Assembly (NCBI GenBank): GCA_964498785.1
Contig: CAZCJL010000021.1
Location: 2,818 to 66,817, forward strand
Direction: 5' to 3'
Origin: an uncultured Cytophagia bacterium
Lineage (GTDB): Bacteria; Zhuqueibacterota; Zhuqueibacteria; Thermofontimicrobiales; Thiofontviventaceae
DNA: 64,000 bases
Shown here: positions 39,424 through 47,853 of the stretch, in pieces
How positions within the stretch are numbered: the first letter of the stretch is position 1
Layout of the letters: every line of letters starts with the position of its first letter
The notes under the pieces: generated by a model
Databases searched by the model: none
What the model saw: only the letters and a program-made list of their open reading frames with translations
Told to the model about the DNA's origin: nothing
Made by a program: the position numbers and the translations under genes

Positions 39424-39717
39424 TTATTCGTCCCGGTTCAGATATTCAAATTTTAGTTGGCCGCTCAAGATTTCTTCCAATGCTATTTTTGTTGGTTTCG
39501 GAAGTTTTAGATATTCTCTTTCCGAGCTACGATCGTTCTCGGATAATTCATCTTCATCATAGGTATCTGACTCATCATCATAGCCATATTCCAGTTCAAT
39601 TAAACGTTTTTGTTCATCATTAATTTGTTTCGCGCGTTTTGCGATGATAATAATTGCTTCGTAAATGCTATCAACATATTTTTCTAATTCATTTAAATGG
39701 ATAGGTGTACTTGGCAT
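39424..39717 (-). CDS. rpoZ: DNA-directed RNA polymerase subunit omega
   Basis: 97 aa. …YEAIIIIAKRAKQIN… is the RpoZ core motif. It is followed by an acidic tail and occupies the conserved gmk-rpoZ position. Confidence 0.7.
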   Translation of the reverse strand: MPSTPIHLNELEKYVDSIYEAIIIIAKRAKQINDEQKRLIELEYGYDDESDTYDEDELSENDRSSEREYLKLPKPTKIALEEILSGQLKFEYLNRDE

Positions 39718-40292
39718 TAACTGTTACCTCCACGATTGATTTTGGTTCGTATAATATTCAATGTTTTTTTTACGGTATTGTCTAAGTTGTTATTTTTAAT
39801 AATAAAATCAAAGTATTTTTTCTTTTCCAATTCAAGAGGAACGCGTTCTAATCGTTTGGCGATCTCCTCCCGGGATTCGGTTTTACGTTTTTTAAGCCGG
39901 TTTATCAATTCATTGACTGACGGTGGCTCCAAAAAAATTGAAATTGCGCGATTATTAAATTTCTGTTGAATGGTTAAAGCGCCATTAACATCAATGTCTA
40001 ATAAGACAACATTGCCCCAAGACAACCATTGTTCAACCAAAACACGGCTGGTGCCATAGTAATAGTGATGAACCTGCTCCCATTCTAAAAATTCGTTTTG
40101 TTCGATTTTTTTTTGAAATTCTTCTTCCGATAAAAAGAAATAATCTTTCCCATCTACTTCGCCTTGACGAGGTTTACGGGTAGTGCAAGACACAGAATAA
40201 ATAAAATCTATTTCATTATGTTTGAGTAATCTTTTTATTACCGTTGATTTTCCCCCGCCCGACGGAGAAGATAAGATCACTAATAAACTCAT
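39717..40292 (-). CDS. gmk: Guanylate kinase
   Basis: A P-loop ILSSPSGGGKST with a guanylate kinase fold, 191 aa. Confidence 0.9.
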   Translation of the reverse strand: MSLLVILSSPSGGGKSTVIKRLLKHNEIDFIYSVSCTTRKPRQGEVDGKDYFFLSEEEFQKKIEQNEFLEWEQVHHYYYGTSRVLVEQWLSWGNVVLLDIDVNGALTIQQKFNNRAISIFLEPPSVNELINRLKKRKTESREEIAKRLERVPLELEKKKYFDFIIKNNNLDNTVKKTLNIIRTKINRGGNS

Positions 40293-40555
40293 TGTACCTG
40301 TATGTCTTTTAAGTGCGATTTGTCTTTCATTGATCGTACACGGTGCGCAATAGTCTCTGGTGTATTTGCCGAAAGAACAATATGATCACTGTTCGTAATA
40401 ATAACTGATTTAGTCTTTTTACCCATTGTTGCGTCGATTAATTTTCCATTTTCACGAGCGCTGGATATAATGCTTTTCACTGGTCGTGATTCCGGAGAAA
40501 TTACAGCGACTATGCGATCGCAGTGTATATAATTTCGATATCCAATACTGAGCAT
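40289..40555 (-). CDS. remA: RemA/YlzA (DUF370) family protein
   Basis: 88 aa. MLSIGYRNYIHCDRIVAVISPESRPVKSII…GKLIDAT.GKKTKSVIITNSDHIVLSA matches DUF370/RemA. It has the conserved location between yicC and gmk. Confidence 0.75.
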   Translation of the reverse strand: MLSIGYRNYIHCDRIVAVISPESRPVKSIISSARENGKLIDATMGKKTKSVIITNSDHIVLSANTPETIAHRVRSMKDKSHLKDIQVQ

Positions 40556-40558
40556 AAT

Positions 40559-41452
40559 TTATTCTATGTTTTGAACCTGTTCTCTGATTTTTTCAACTTC
40601 TTCTTTAAGCATCACAACAACGTGAGATATATCAGCATCATAGGCTTTGGCGCCGATTGTATTGGCTTCCCGCGTCATTTCCTGTAATAAAAAATTTAAT
40701 TTACGGCCAATTGCTTGTTCTGATTCCAGAATCTCCAGAAACATTTTATTATGGCTTTTAAATCGCGTGCATTCTTCGGTCACATCAATTCTCGTGGCTA
40801 ACATCGCAACTTCCATTTCTAACCGCCCCTGATCCATTTCTTCTCCAAAGGAATTGATTGAAGTGAGATTTGCAATTTTTTCCCGCAAGCGTTCCCGTTC
40901 TTTGTTGACACGTAATTCCGCAAGTTCTTCAATTTTATATATGTTCTGATCGAGTATGTTTACACGGTTCTTTAGATCGATACTCAACTGCTGTCCTTCA
41001 TCCTGACGCATTTTATTTACATTTTCCAATGCCTGTTCTATCGAAGATCGCATTTCATCCCACAGTTCAGTCAAGTCTCCGTTCACTTCTTCGAGTAAAA
41101 ATATATCTGAAAACGGTAGCAGATGTTCTACTTTAATTTTCCCGGAAAGGTTCAAATGTTGTTTCAGAAATTTAAGTTGCTTTAAATAGTGCTGAGCCAG
41201 TTCTATATTTACTATCGCTGTTTCAGAGATGTCATTATTCGATTGTTTTACATTAATTGAAATATTAACCCGGCCGCGAACTAAATGTTTTTTCACGATA
41301 TTACGTACTTCGTCTTCAAATTGTGATAAATTTTTGGGCAACCGAACCGAGATATCTAGAAATCTGTTATTTAATGTTCGTATTTCTACAGTTATTTCTT
41401 TGTTGTTTGTCTTTACATCGCTCCGTCCATACCCTGTCATGCTTGTAATCAT
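40559..41452 (-). CDS. yicC: YicC/YloC-family stress-induced protein
   Basis: 297 aa. MITSMTGYGRS…ITVEIRTLNNRFLDISVRLP is the YicC N-terminal signature, and a C-terminal DUF1732-like region is present. Confidence 0.85.
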   Translation of the reverse strand: MITSMTGYGRSDVKTNNKEITVEIRTLNNRFLDISVRLPKNLSQFEDEVRNIVKKHLVRGRVNISINVKQSNNDISETAIVNIELAQHYLKQLKFLKQHLNLSGKIKVEHLLPFSDIFLLEEVNGDLTELWDEMRSSIEQALENVNKMRQDEGQQLSIDLKNRVNILDQNIYKIEELAELRVNKERERLREKIANLTSINSFGEEMDQGRLEMEVAMLATRIDVTEECTRFKSHNKMFLEILESEQAIGRKLNFLLQEMTREANTIGAKAYDADISHVVVMLKEEVEKIREQVQNIE

Positions 41453-41640
41453 GTTCGTTCTTCCAAATCAATAGTAAGTAGTAAATAAAAATTAACTTAG
41501 ATTATACAAAAAAAATTTGAATTTGTCAAACTTTTTTTTTCTTTTTTTATAATAAACAAATAAAAAGGCCTTATAAAAGACCTTAATATAAAAAACATAT
41601 GGATAATTATAAAAAATGACCGCGGGATGTGGGAGATTTA

Positions 41641-42669
41641 TTATTTCATACGACTGAATTTTTTCTCCTGGATTGTCAGGATTAATGAAATACGATGTGT
41701 GCCTCCCAAATCATCATGACTTAGAAATGCATAGTCAATGTTCAATTTTGGTAATTTTATTCCGGCGCCTGCTGAAAAATAGCCAATATCTGATCCCAAC
41801 CGAAGCGCAACTAAATGTTTCAATTCATACTCGATTCCAAAATGTGTATCAAAACTCATGCGCCCGAGATTGAATTGGGCTGAGTAGCGCCGATTTTCGA
41901 AACGGATATCCATATCAAAAGCCGGGATAATTCGTCCTGTGAAGAAGGGAACATCCCATATATAGGCAACTCCTGATTTTACTGTCGGAATGATTGCCTC
42001 ACGGCGACCGGTATCCCAGGCAAGCAATGTGGTTGTAATATCCTGTAAATTTACGCCGATATTCAGATTCGGCAATGCCCGATAAAGAAATCCGACATCA
42101 AAACCAAGTCCCCATGCGGAATTATCACCGATATTTTTGGTAACTATTTTGATATTACTTCCCCATGCCAGTTTTTTCGAGGCGATTTTGGCGTAGGTTA
42201 AATAGAACGCCCATTCGGCATCGTTGATTGTTTTAACGACATACGGCGTATTGATTTTGTTGTTGTCGTAAATTGCGCCCAGTTCCAGGTCGTTGCGCTG
42301 TAATGCTGTTACCGGGATATCATCCACACCAAGTCGGATAATACTCAAACCAAGCGAGGTTTTGGGGCCGGCAGGAAAAGCTGCCGCGCCGTAATTATAG
42401 TTAATGAGGCGTGCGAATCGTTCCGCATACATTCCGCTAATTTGCGGATAACCGAGCTGCGTAAGTCCGGCAGGGTTCCAATAGCCGGCTGTCACATCTT
42501 CTGCAATGGCAACAAACGCGCCACCCATTCCGAGGGCTCGCGCACCGACGCCGGTAGCGATAAATTCACCAGCATATTTTCCTTTTACCAGATCTCCGCT
42601 AAACAGATCGCGGTTTGTTATAAAACCTGTGATTAGGAAGATTATAAGTAATATGGCTTTATTTTTCAT
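41641..42669 (-). CDS. FadL/PorV-like outer-membrane beta-barrel protein (second copy)
   Basis: It has a signal peptide and then ARALGMGGAFVAIAEDVTAGYWNPAGL, the same GMGGA…NPAG hatch signature as the 28047-29075 protein. 342 aa. Confidence 0.55.
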   Translation of the reverse strand: MKNKAILLIIFLITGFITNRDLFSGDLVKGKYAGEFIATGVGARALGMGGAFVAIAEDVTAGYWNPAGLTQLGYPQISGMYAERFARLINYNYGAAAFPAGPKTSLGLSIIRLGVDDIPVTALQRNDLELGAIYDNNKINTPYVVKTINDAEWAFYLTYAKIASKKLAWGSNIKIVTKNIGDNSAWGLGFDVGFLYRALPNLNIGVNLQDITTTLLAWDTGRREAIIPTVKSGVAYIWDVPFFTGRIIPAFDMDIRFENRRYSAQFNLGRMSFDTHFGIEYELKHLVALRLGSDIGYFSAGAGIKLPKLNIDYAFLSHDDLGGTHRISLILTIQEKKFSRMK

Positions 42670-42763
42670 AGAGTTAATTACCTCGGTTAAGTCTGAATTA
42701 AATATATAATTTTTATTTTGTCACATAATATTTTCGGTTTTAAATTATCAAAAAGAATATCAG

Positions 42764-45379
42764 TCAGTTTTTAATCAATTTTTTTAATTTGCTCAGAATG
42801 TTCAGCGCCTCAATCGGTGTTATGTTATTAATATCGACATTATTTATTTCTTCTCTAAGAATATTTTCTTGTTGTACAAAAAAATCAAGTTGTTTAATTG
42901 GTTGCTGCTGGCCATGTTTTAACGCCAGTTTAGGCAGTGCATTTGGTGTCAGCTCTCCTGCTTCCAGGTTTGCTAATACCTCTTTCGCACGTTCAATGAT
43001 TGTTTTAGGCAATCCCGCAAGTTGAGCGACTTGAATGCCGTAGCTATGGTCACAGCCTCCTTCGACTATTTTTCTTAAAAATACGATTTTATCTCCCCAT
43101 TCCTTAACCGCGACATTATAGTTTTTTACACGAGGAAGAATTAATTCAAGTTCCGTTAATTCGTGATAATGGGTGGCAAAAAGTGTCTTTGCGGCAACCT
43201 GGTGGTTGTTGTGCAAATATTCAGCAACAGCCCAGGCAATGGACAGGCCGTCGAAGGTGCTGGTGCCGCGACCGATTTCATCCAGTAAAATTAAACTTTT
43301 TATGGTTGCATTATTTAAAATATTGGCAGCCTCATTCATTTCCATCAAGAATGTGCTTTCACCACCGGCAAGGTTATCCGAAGCACCAACACGGGTAAAG
43401 ATTTTGTCGACTAGTCCGATCTTTGCTGATTTTGCCGGAACAAAACTACCGATTTGCGTCATGAGAACAATCAATCCCACCTGACGTAAGTATGTCGATT
43501 TACCAGCCATGTTCGGACCGGTGATGATATGAATTTGATGCTTGTCATTATCCAGGTGCACATCGTTGGGAATAAATGATTCGCCCGGCGGAAGCAGTCG
43601 TTCCACAACCGGATGACGACCGTCGATAATATGGAGTTCATCGTTGGTATAAATGTCCGGCTTGCAATAATTATTTTCGATTGCTACTTGGGCAAAATTG
43701 GAGAGACAGTCCAGTTGGGCGATAAGGGATGCATTTTTTTGAATCTCAACGATTTTATGTCCCACAAGCTGCCGTACCTGATCAAAAAGCTGGTATTCAA
43801 GGTCGGCAATTTTTTCTTCTGCACCTAATATTTGTTCTTCATATTCTTTTAGCTCCGGTGTGATGAATCGTTCTGCATTTACAAGCGTTTGTTTGCGAAT
43901 ATAATCCTGTGGCACTTTGGGAAGATGCGGTTTTGTAATCTCGATATAATAGCCGAAAACTTTGTTATATTTCACTTTTAAAGATGGAATTCCGGTGCGG
44001 TCTCGTTCCGTTGTCTGCAGTTTGGCAATCCAGTCTTTACCGGAAAAAACGATTTCCCGTAAATGATCAAGCTCGGCATTATGCCCGCGGCGGATAAGCC
44101 CGCCATCCGAGGTAGCCAGCGGTGGGTCATCAACGATTGCCTGTTCGATTTCATTGACTAATAGCGACAGGTCTTCCAGTTCATCCCGAATATGGGAGAT
44201 GTATTCGTCTTCTAAATCTGATAGCGTCACTTTGATGTCAGGGACGTTCTTGAGCGTTTCTTTCAATGAATTTAGGTCCCGGGCGTTCGCGCGGCCGGTA
44301 ATTATTTTGGACGACATGCGCTCCAGGTCTCCAATCGATTTTAGTTTGTCACGAGTTTTTTCTCGTAAATCGGTATCTTTAACAAATTCTCCCACTGCAT
44401 CTAACCGGCGTTTAATCGGAACCGATATTGCCATCGGATGAATCATCCAGTTTACTAATAGCCTGCCGCCCATTGCGGTTTTGGTTTGATCAAGAACTGA
44501 AAACAATGTTGTGCGATCGTTGCGATCATTTAGTGAATGAAGAAGCTCGAGGTTTTTTTGAGTTGTGGGATCAACGGTTAAAAAATCTTCATTATCGCGG
44601 CGGCTGATTTTTGTGATATATTCTATATCAGAGCGCTGATTTTCTTTTACATAATGCAAAATCGCCCCGGCAGCAGTAATGCCAACTGTTAAATTCTCGC
44701 ACCCGAAGCCTTTTAATGAGGCTGTTTTAAAATGCCCTGTCAGTTTTTCATAACCATAATCCCGGGAAAAAATCCAGTCTTCCTTGACAGTCAGAAAAAA
44801 TGTGCTGCCATGATTGATTTGTTCGGTGATGTACTGCTGCTGAGATTCGGGAACAATTACTTCTGCTGGCTCCAGCGATTGCACCTGTTCCCGCATTTTT
44901 TCTTTTGGCATTTCAGAGACAAAATATTCGCCGGTTGACACATCGATGCCAGAGAGGCCGAAATTATTCTTATCAACAGAAATAGCGACCAGAAAGTTGT
45001 TGCGCTTGCTTTGCAAAATTTCATCTGAAAAAGTAGTTCCTGGTGTGACAATTTCCACTATATCGCGTTTTACGATAGTTTTTGCTTTTTTCGGGTCTTC
45101 AACCTGTTCGCAAATTGCCACTCGGTGTCCTGCCTTAATCATTTTGGTCAGATATGTATTCAGCGCGTGATACGGAAATCCGGCCAATGGCACGTCAGCC
45201 GATTTACCGTGTGCGCGAGAAGTGAGCGTAATTCCCAGGACTTCGGATGCGATTGTTGCATCTTCATAGAACATTTCATAGAAATCACCCATCCGAAAAA
45301 AAAGAATAGCGTCTTTGTGTTTGGCTTTTATCGCTAAATATTGCTCCATTAGCGGAGTTGTTTTTGATGGTTTTGTCAT
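42764..45379 (-). CDS. mutS: DNA mismatch repair protein MutS
   Basis: 871 aa. The N-terminus TPLMEQYLAIKAKHKDAILFFRMGDFYEMF contains the mismatch-binding F. There is an ABC ATPase Walker A (GPNMAGKST) and a Walker B (LILLDEIGRGTST). Confidence 0.95.
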   Translation of the reverse strand: MTKPSKTTPLMEQYLAIKAKHKDAILFFRMGDFYEMFYEDATIASEVLGITLTSRAHGKSADVPLAGFPYHALNTYLTKMIKAGHRVAICEQVEDPKKAKTIVKRDIVEIVTPGTTFSDEILQSKRNNFLVAISVDKNNFGLSGIDVSTGEYFVSEMPKEKMREQVQSLEPAEVIVPESQQQYITEQINHGSTFFLTVKEDWIFSRDYGYEKLTGHFKTASLKGFGCENLTVGITAAGAILHYVKENQRSDIEYITKISRRDNEDFLTVDPTTQKNLELLHSLNDRNDRTTLFSVLDQTKTAMGGRLLVNWMIHPMAISVPIKRRLDAVGEFVKDTDLREKTRDKLKSIGDLERMSSKIITGRANARDLNSLKETLKNVPDIKVTLSDLEDEYISHIRDELEDLSLLVNEIEQAIVDDPPLATSDGGLIRRGHNAELDHLREIVFSGKDWIAKLQTTERDRTGIPSLKVKYNKVFGYYIEITKPHLPKVPQDYIRKQTLVNAERFITPELKEYEEQILGAEEKIADLEYQLFDQVRQLVGHKIVEIQKNASLIAQLDCLSNFAQVAIENNYCKPDIYTNDELHIIDGRHPVVERLLPPGESFIPNDVHLDNDKHQIHIITGPNMAGKSTYLRQVGLIVLMTQIGSFVPAKSAKIGLVDKIFTRVGASDNLAGGESTFLMEMNEAANILNNATIKSLILLDEIGRGTSTFDGLSIAWAVAEYLHNNHQVAAKTLFATHYHELTELELILPRVKNYNVAVKEWGDKIVFLRKIVEGGCDHSYGIQVAQLAGLPKTIIERAKEVLANLEAGELTPNALPKLALKHGQQQPIKQLDFFVQQENILREEINNVDINNITPIEALNILSKLKKLIKN

Positions 45380-45393
45380 AATTTATATAAATA

Positions 45394-46266
45394 TCAGTAC
45401 ATACGTTTATCAACGCCCCAGTTCAATTTGGTTCGCAGCAGATTATAAAAATTATTCCCCTTAAATTGAACAGTTTTCGTTTTATAATTCGCTTTTTCAA
45501 TGATGATATATTCATTTATTTTGATATTGTCTGCTACCTGACCATCTGCGTTAAGAGTGGCTTCCTGATTTCTGCCGAGTGGATAAATTTGGATTTTGCT
45601 ATCTCCGGAAATAACCATCGGACGCGCTCCGAGCGAATGCGGACAAATCGGATTGATAATCATCGCATCTACATTTGGCGCGATAATAGGGCCCATCGCC
45701 GATAACGAGTATGCTGTTGAACCGGTGGGGGTCGCGATAATCACACCGTCACAAAGATAAGTTGTTAAAAAATCATCATTAATGGAAATATTAATTCGCA
45801 TTACGCGTGCGGCATTGCTTTTGTCAACGACGATGTCATTCAATCCGTAGAACGTAACGCCATTTTCCCGATTGATGATATGAGCCTTCAGAACCATCCG
45901 CTCCATGATCGTGAAATCATCACGCAGAATATCCTCGATACACTCATAAAGTTGGGAAATGGTTATTTCGGCCAGAAATCCAAGTCCGCCCAGGTTCACC
46001 CCTAAAATCGGCGTGCTGTTAGCGCCTACTGATCGCGCGGTTGAGAGAATCGTCCCGTCACCACCAAAGGCCAATACAATATCACAACTGGCACCAATGC
46101 ATTCGGCCGGACAACTTCGAACCAATTCCTGCTTAAAATCTAAATAATCGAACAGGTTTTCTTCAAGAATATAGTCGATTTTCTGGTTATCAAGCCAGGT
46201 TAAAAGATCAGGGATAACTTTACTTATAACAGGCTTTGTAATATTTCCTATTATACCAAAATTCAT
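45394..46266 (-). CDS. nadK: NAD+ kinase
   Basis: Motifs GGDGTIL, NDG and the DGVIIATPTGSTAYSLSA region of NAD kinases are present. Confidence 0.9.
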   Translation of the reverse strand: MNFGIIGNITKPVISKVIPDLLTWLDNQKIDYILEENLFDYLDFKQELVRSCPAECIGASCDIVLAFGGDGTILSTARSVGANSTPILGVNLGGLGFLAEITISQLYECIEDILRDDFTIMERMVLKAHIINRENGVTFYGLNDIVVDKSNAARVMRINISINDDFLTTYLCDGVIIATPTGSTAYSLSAMGPIIAPNVDAMIINPICPHSLGARPMVISGDSKIQIYPLGRNQEATLNADGQVADNIKINEYIIIEKANYKTKTVQFKGNNFYNLLRTKLNWGVDKRMY

Positions 46267-46283
46267 TTTGATAGTTTCCTATA

Positions 46284-46496
46284 CTAAATGAGTTCTAATT
46301 GGAAACCTTCTTCTTTTTTAACCAATTTTTTTAGCTTTTCCTCGGCCTGGTTCAACTTGTCAAAACAAAACTTCGAGTGTTTTATGCCTTCTTCAAATAT
46401 TTTCAGAGATTCTTCTAATGTCAAGCCTTCCTGTTCCAATTGTTGAACGATCTCTTCAAGACGGCTCATCGCGTGTTCAAATTTTTTTTCTGCCAT
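46284..46496 (-). CDS. xseB: Exodeoxyribonuclease VII small subunit
   Basis: A 70-aa helical protein (…LEEIVQQLEQEGLTLEESLKIFEEGIK…), located just downstream of xseA. Confidence 0.8.
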   Translation of the reverse strand: MAEKKFEHAMSRLEEIVQQLEQEGLTLEESLKIFEEGIKHSKFCFDKLNQAEEKLKKLVKKEEGFQLELI

Positions 46497-46517
46497 TGTA
46501 CCTTTACCCTGTTGGTT

Positions 46518-47759
46518 TTATTCTCCCTTATTTATTTTGTCAACTGTTCCTGAAATTTCTCCGACATTAAATTTAACATTTATCTTTTCGTTCTCAGCGA
46601 GTTGCGAAGCATTACGAACTATTTGATGATCTTGTTCGCGATAACATATACTATATCCGCGTTTTAAAATTGCTTCAGGATTGAGTGCGTTTAATTTTTG
46701 AGTGAGCGAATCTGTTTTTTCTTTAAATAAACGCAACCTGTGTTTTTGAGTTGTTTCCATTGACCGGTTCAGTTCATCCAGGCGTTGTTGATATTGTCGA
46801 ATCATATCGATTGGCCGGCGGAAACCATAGCTATGCATTAAATTTTTCAATTTTTCTTGATTGAATGAAATATCCGAGTGAATAGTGCTCACCATTTTTT
46901 GTAACAGATACCTTATTTTTGCCAGAAGTTCCGTTCGAGCGGGGACAGCTAATTCAGCCGCGGCTGACGGTGTTGGCGCTCGCAGATCAGCGACAAAGTC
47001 ACTGATGCTATAATCAATTTCATGCCCTACTGCGGAAATGACCGGTATCTTTGAATTGAAGATGGCTCTGGCAACAACTTCTTCATTAAATGCCCACAAA
47101 TCTTCAAAAGAACCTCCGCCGCGTCCCACGATTAGCACATCTACCTGTCCGTATTCATTGAATTGTTCAACTGCATGAGCGATTTCCTTTGCCGCATCAT
47201 CGCCCTGAACTTTTACCGGATACAGGATAATTTCCGTGCCCGGAGAACGGCGATTTAAGACAGTCACGAGGTCCTGGATTGCTGCGCCGGTGGGGGAGGT
47301 TATGATACCGATTCGCGCCGGAAATAGCGGGATCGGCTTTTTATGTTCCTCTTCAAACAACCCTTCTTCCTGAAGCTTTTTTTTCAGTTGCTCCAATGCA
47401 AACTGCAATTCGCCGATGCCTGCTGGTTGTATTTTGAAAATATCCAGTTGGTAAGCGCCTCGCTTTTCGTACAGCGAAATTCGACCATGCGCGATGACCT
47501 TCATCCCATCTTCCGGGGAAAATCGCACCATTTGATTTCGCCCGCGCCACATAACACATGGAATTTGCGCGTCCTTATCTTTTAACGAAAAATATAGATG
47601 CCCCGACGAATGCCGCTTAAAATTGGAAATTTCTCCTTCTACCAGAATATATTCAAAATTCGTTTCCAGTAATATCTTAATTTCGTGGGTTATTTCGCTA
47701 ACTGTGAAAACTTTCGGTTCAACGATTTCCGATTCCATGTCTATCATTATTTTATCCAT
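46518..47759 (-). CDS. xseA: Exodeoxyribonuclease VII large subunit
   Basis: 413 aa with an N-terminal OB-fold (…VEGEISNFKRHSSGHLYFSLKD…) and a catalytic region (…GIITSPTGAAIQD…VGRGGGS…). Confidence 0.9.
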   Translation of the reverse strand: MDKIMIDMESEIVEPKVFTVSEITHEIKILLETNFEYILVEGEISNFKRHSSGHLYFSLKDKDAQIPCVMWRGRNQMVRFSPEDGMKVIAHGRISLYEKRGAYQLDIFKIQPAGIGELQFALEQLKKKLQEEGLFEEEHKKPIPLFPARIGIITSPTGAAIQDLVTVLNRRSPGTEIILYPVKVQGDDAAKEIAHAVEQFNEYGQVDVLIVGRGGGSFEDLWAFNEEVVARAIFNSKIPVISAVGHEIDYSISDFVADLRAPTPSAAAELAVPARTELLAKIRYLLQKMVSTIHSDISFNQEKLKNLMHSYGFRRPIDMIRQYQQRLDELNRSMETTQKHRLRLFKEKTDSLTQKLNALNPEAILKRGYSICYREQDHQIVRNASQLAENEKINVKFNVGEISGTVDKINKGE

Positions 47760-47769
47760 TATAAAATTA

Positions 47770-47789
47770 AGCAGAGTAGTGACTCTGCT
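47770..47789 (-). terminator. Rho-independent terminator candidate for the hybrid kinase gene
   Basis: A perfect 8-bp stem AGCAGAGT/ACTCTGCT with a 4-nt loop. On the minus strand it is followed by TAATTTTAT. Confidence 0.45.
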
Positions 47790-47853
47790 TTCAGGTTAAT
47801 ATAAAATGTTACAACAATTTTTAGAATTCGGCAAGACTTTTTTTAAAAAAAAA

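Noticed and set aside
41564-41585. Terminator hairpin downstream of the second FadL-like gene (AGGCCTT-ATAAA-AGACCTT followed by T-rich run on minus strand)
   Set aside because: The stem contains a mismatch and only 7 bp with low GC, so it is too weak to call as a feature.
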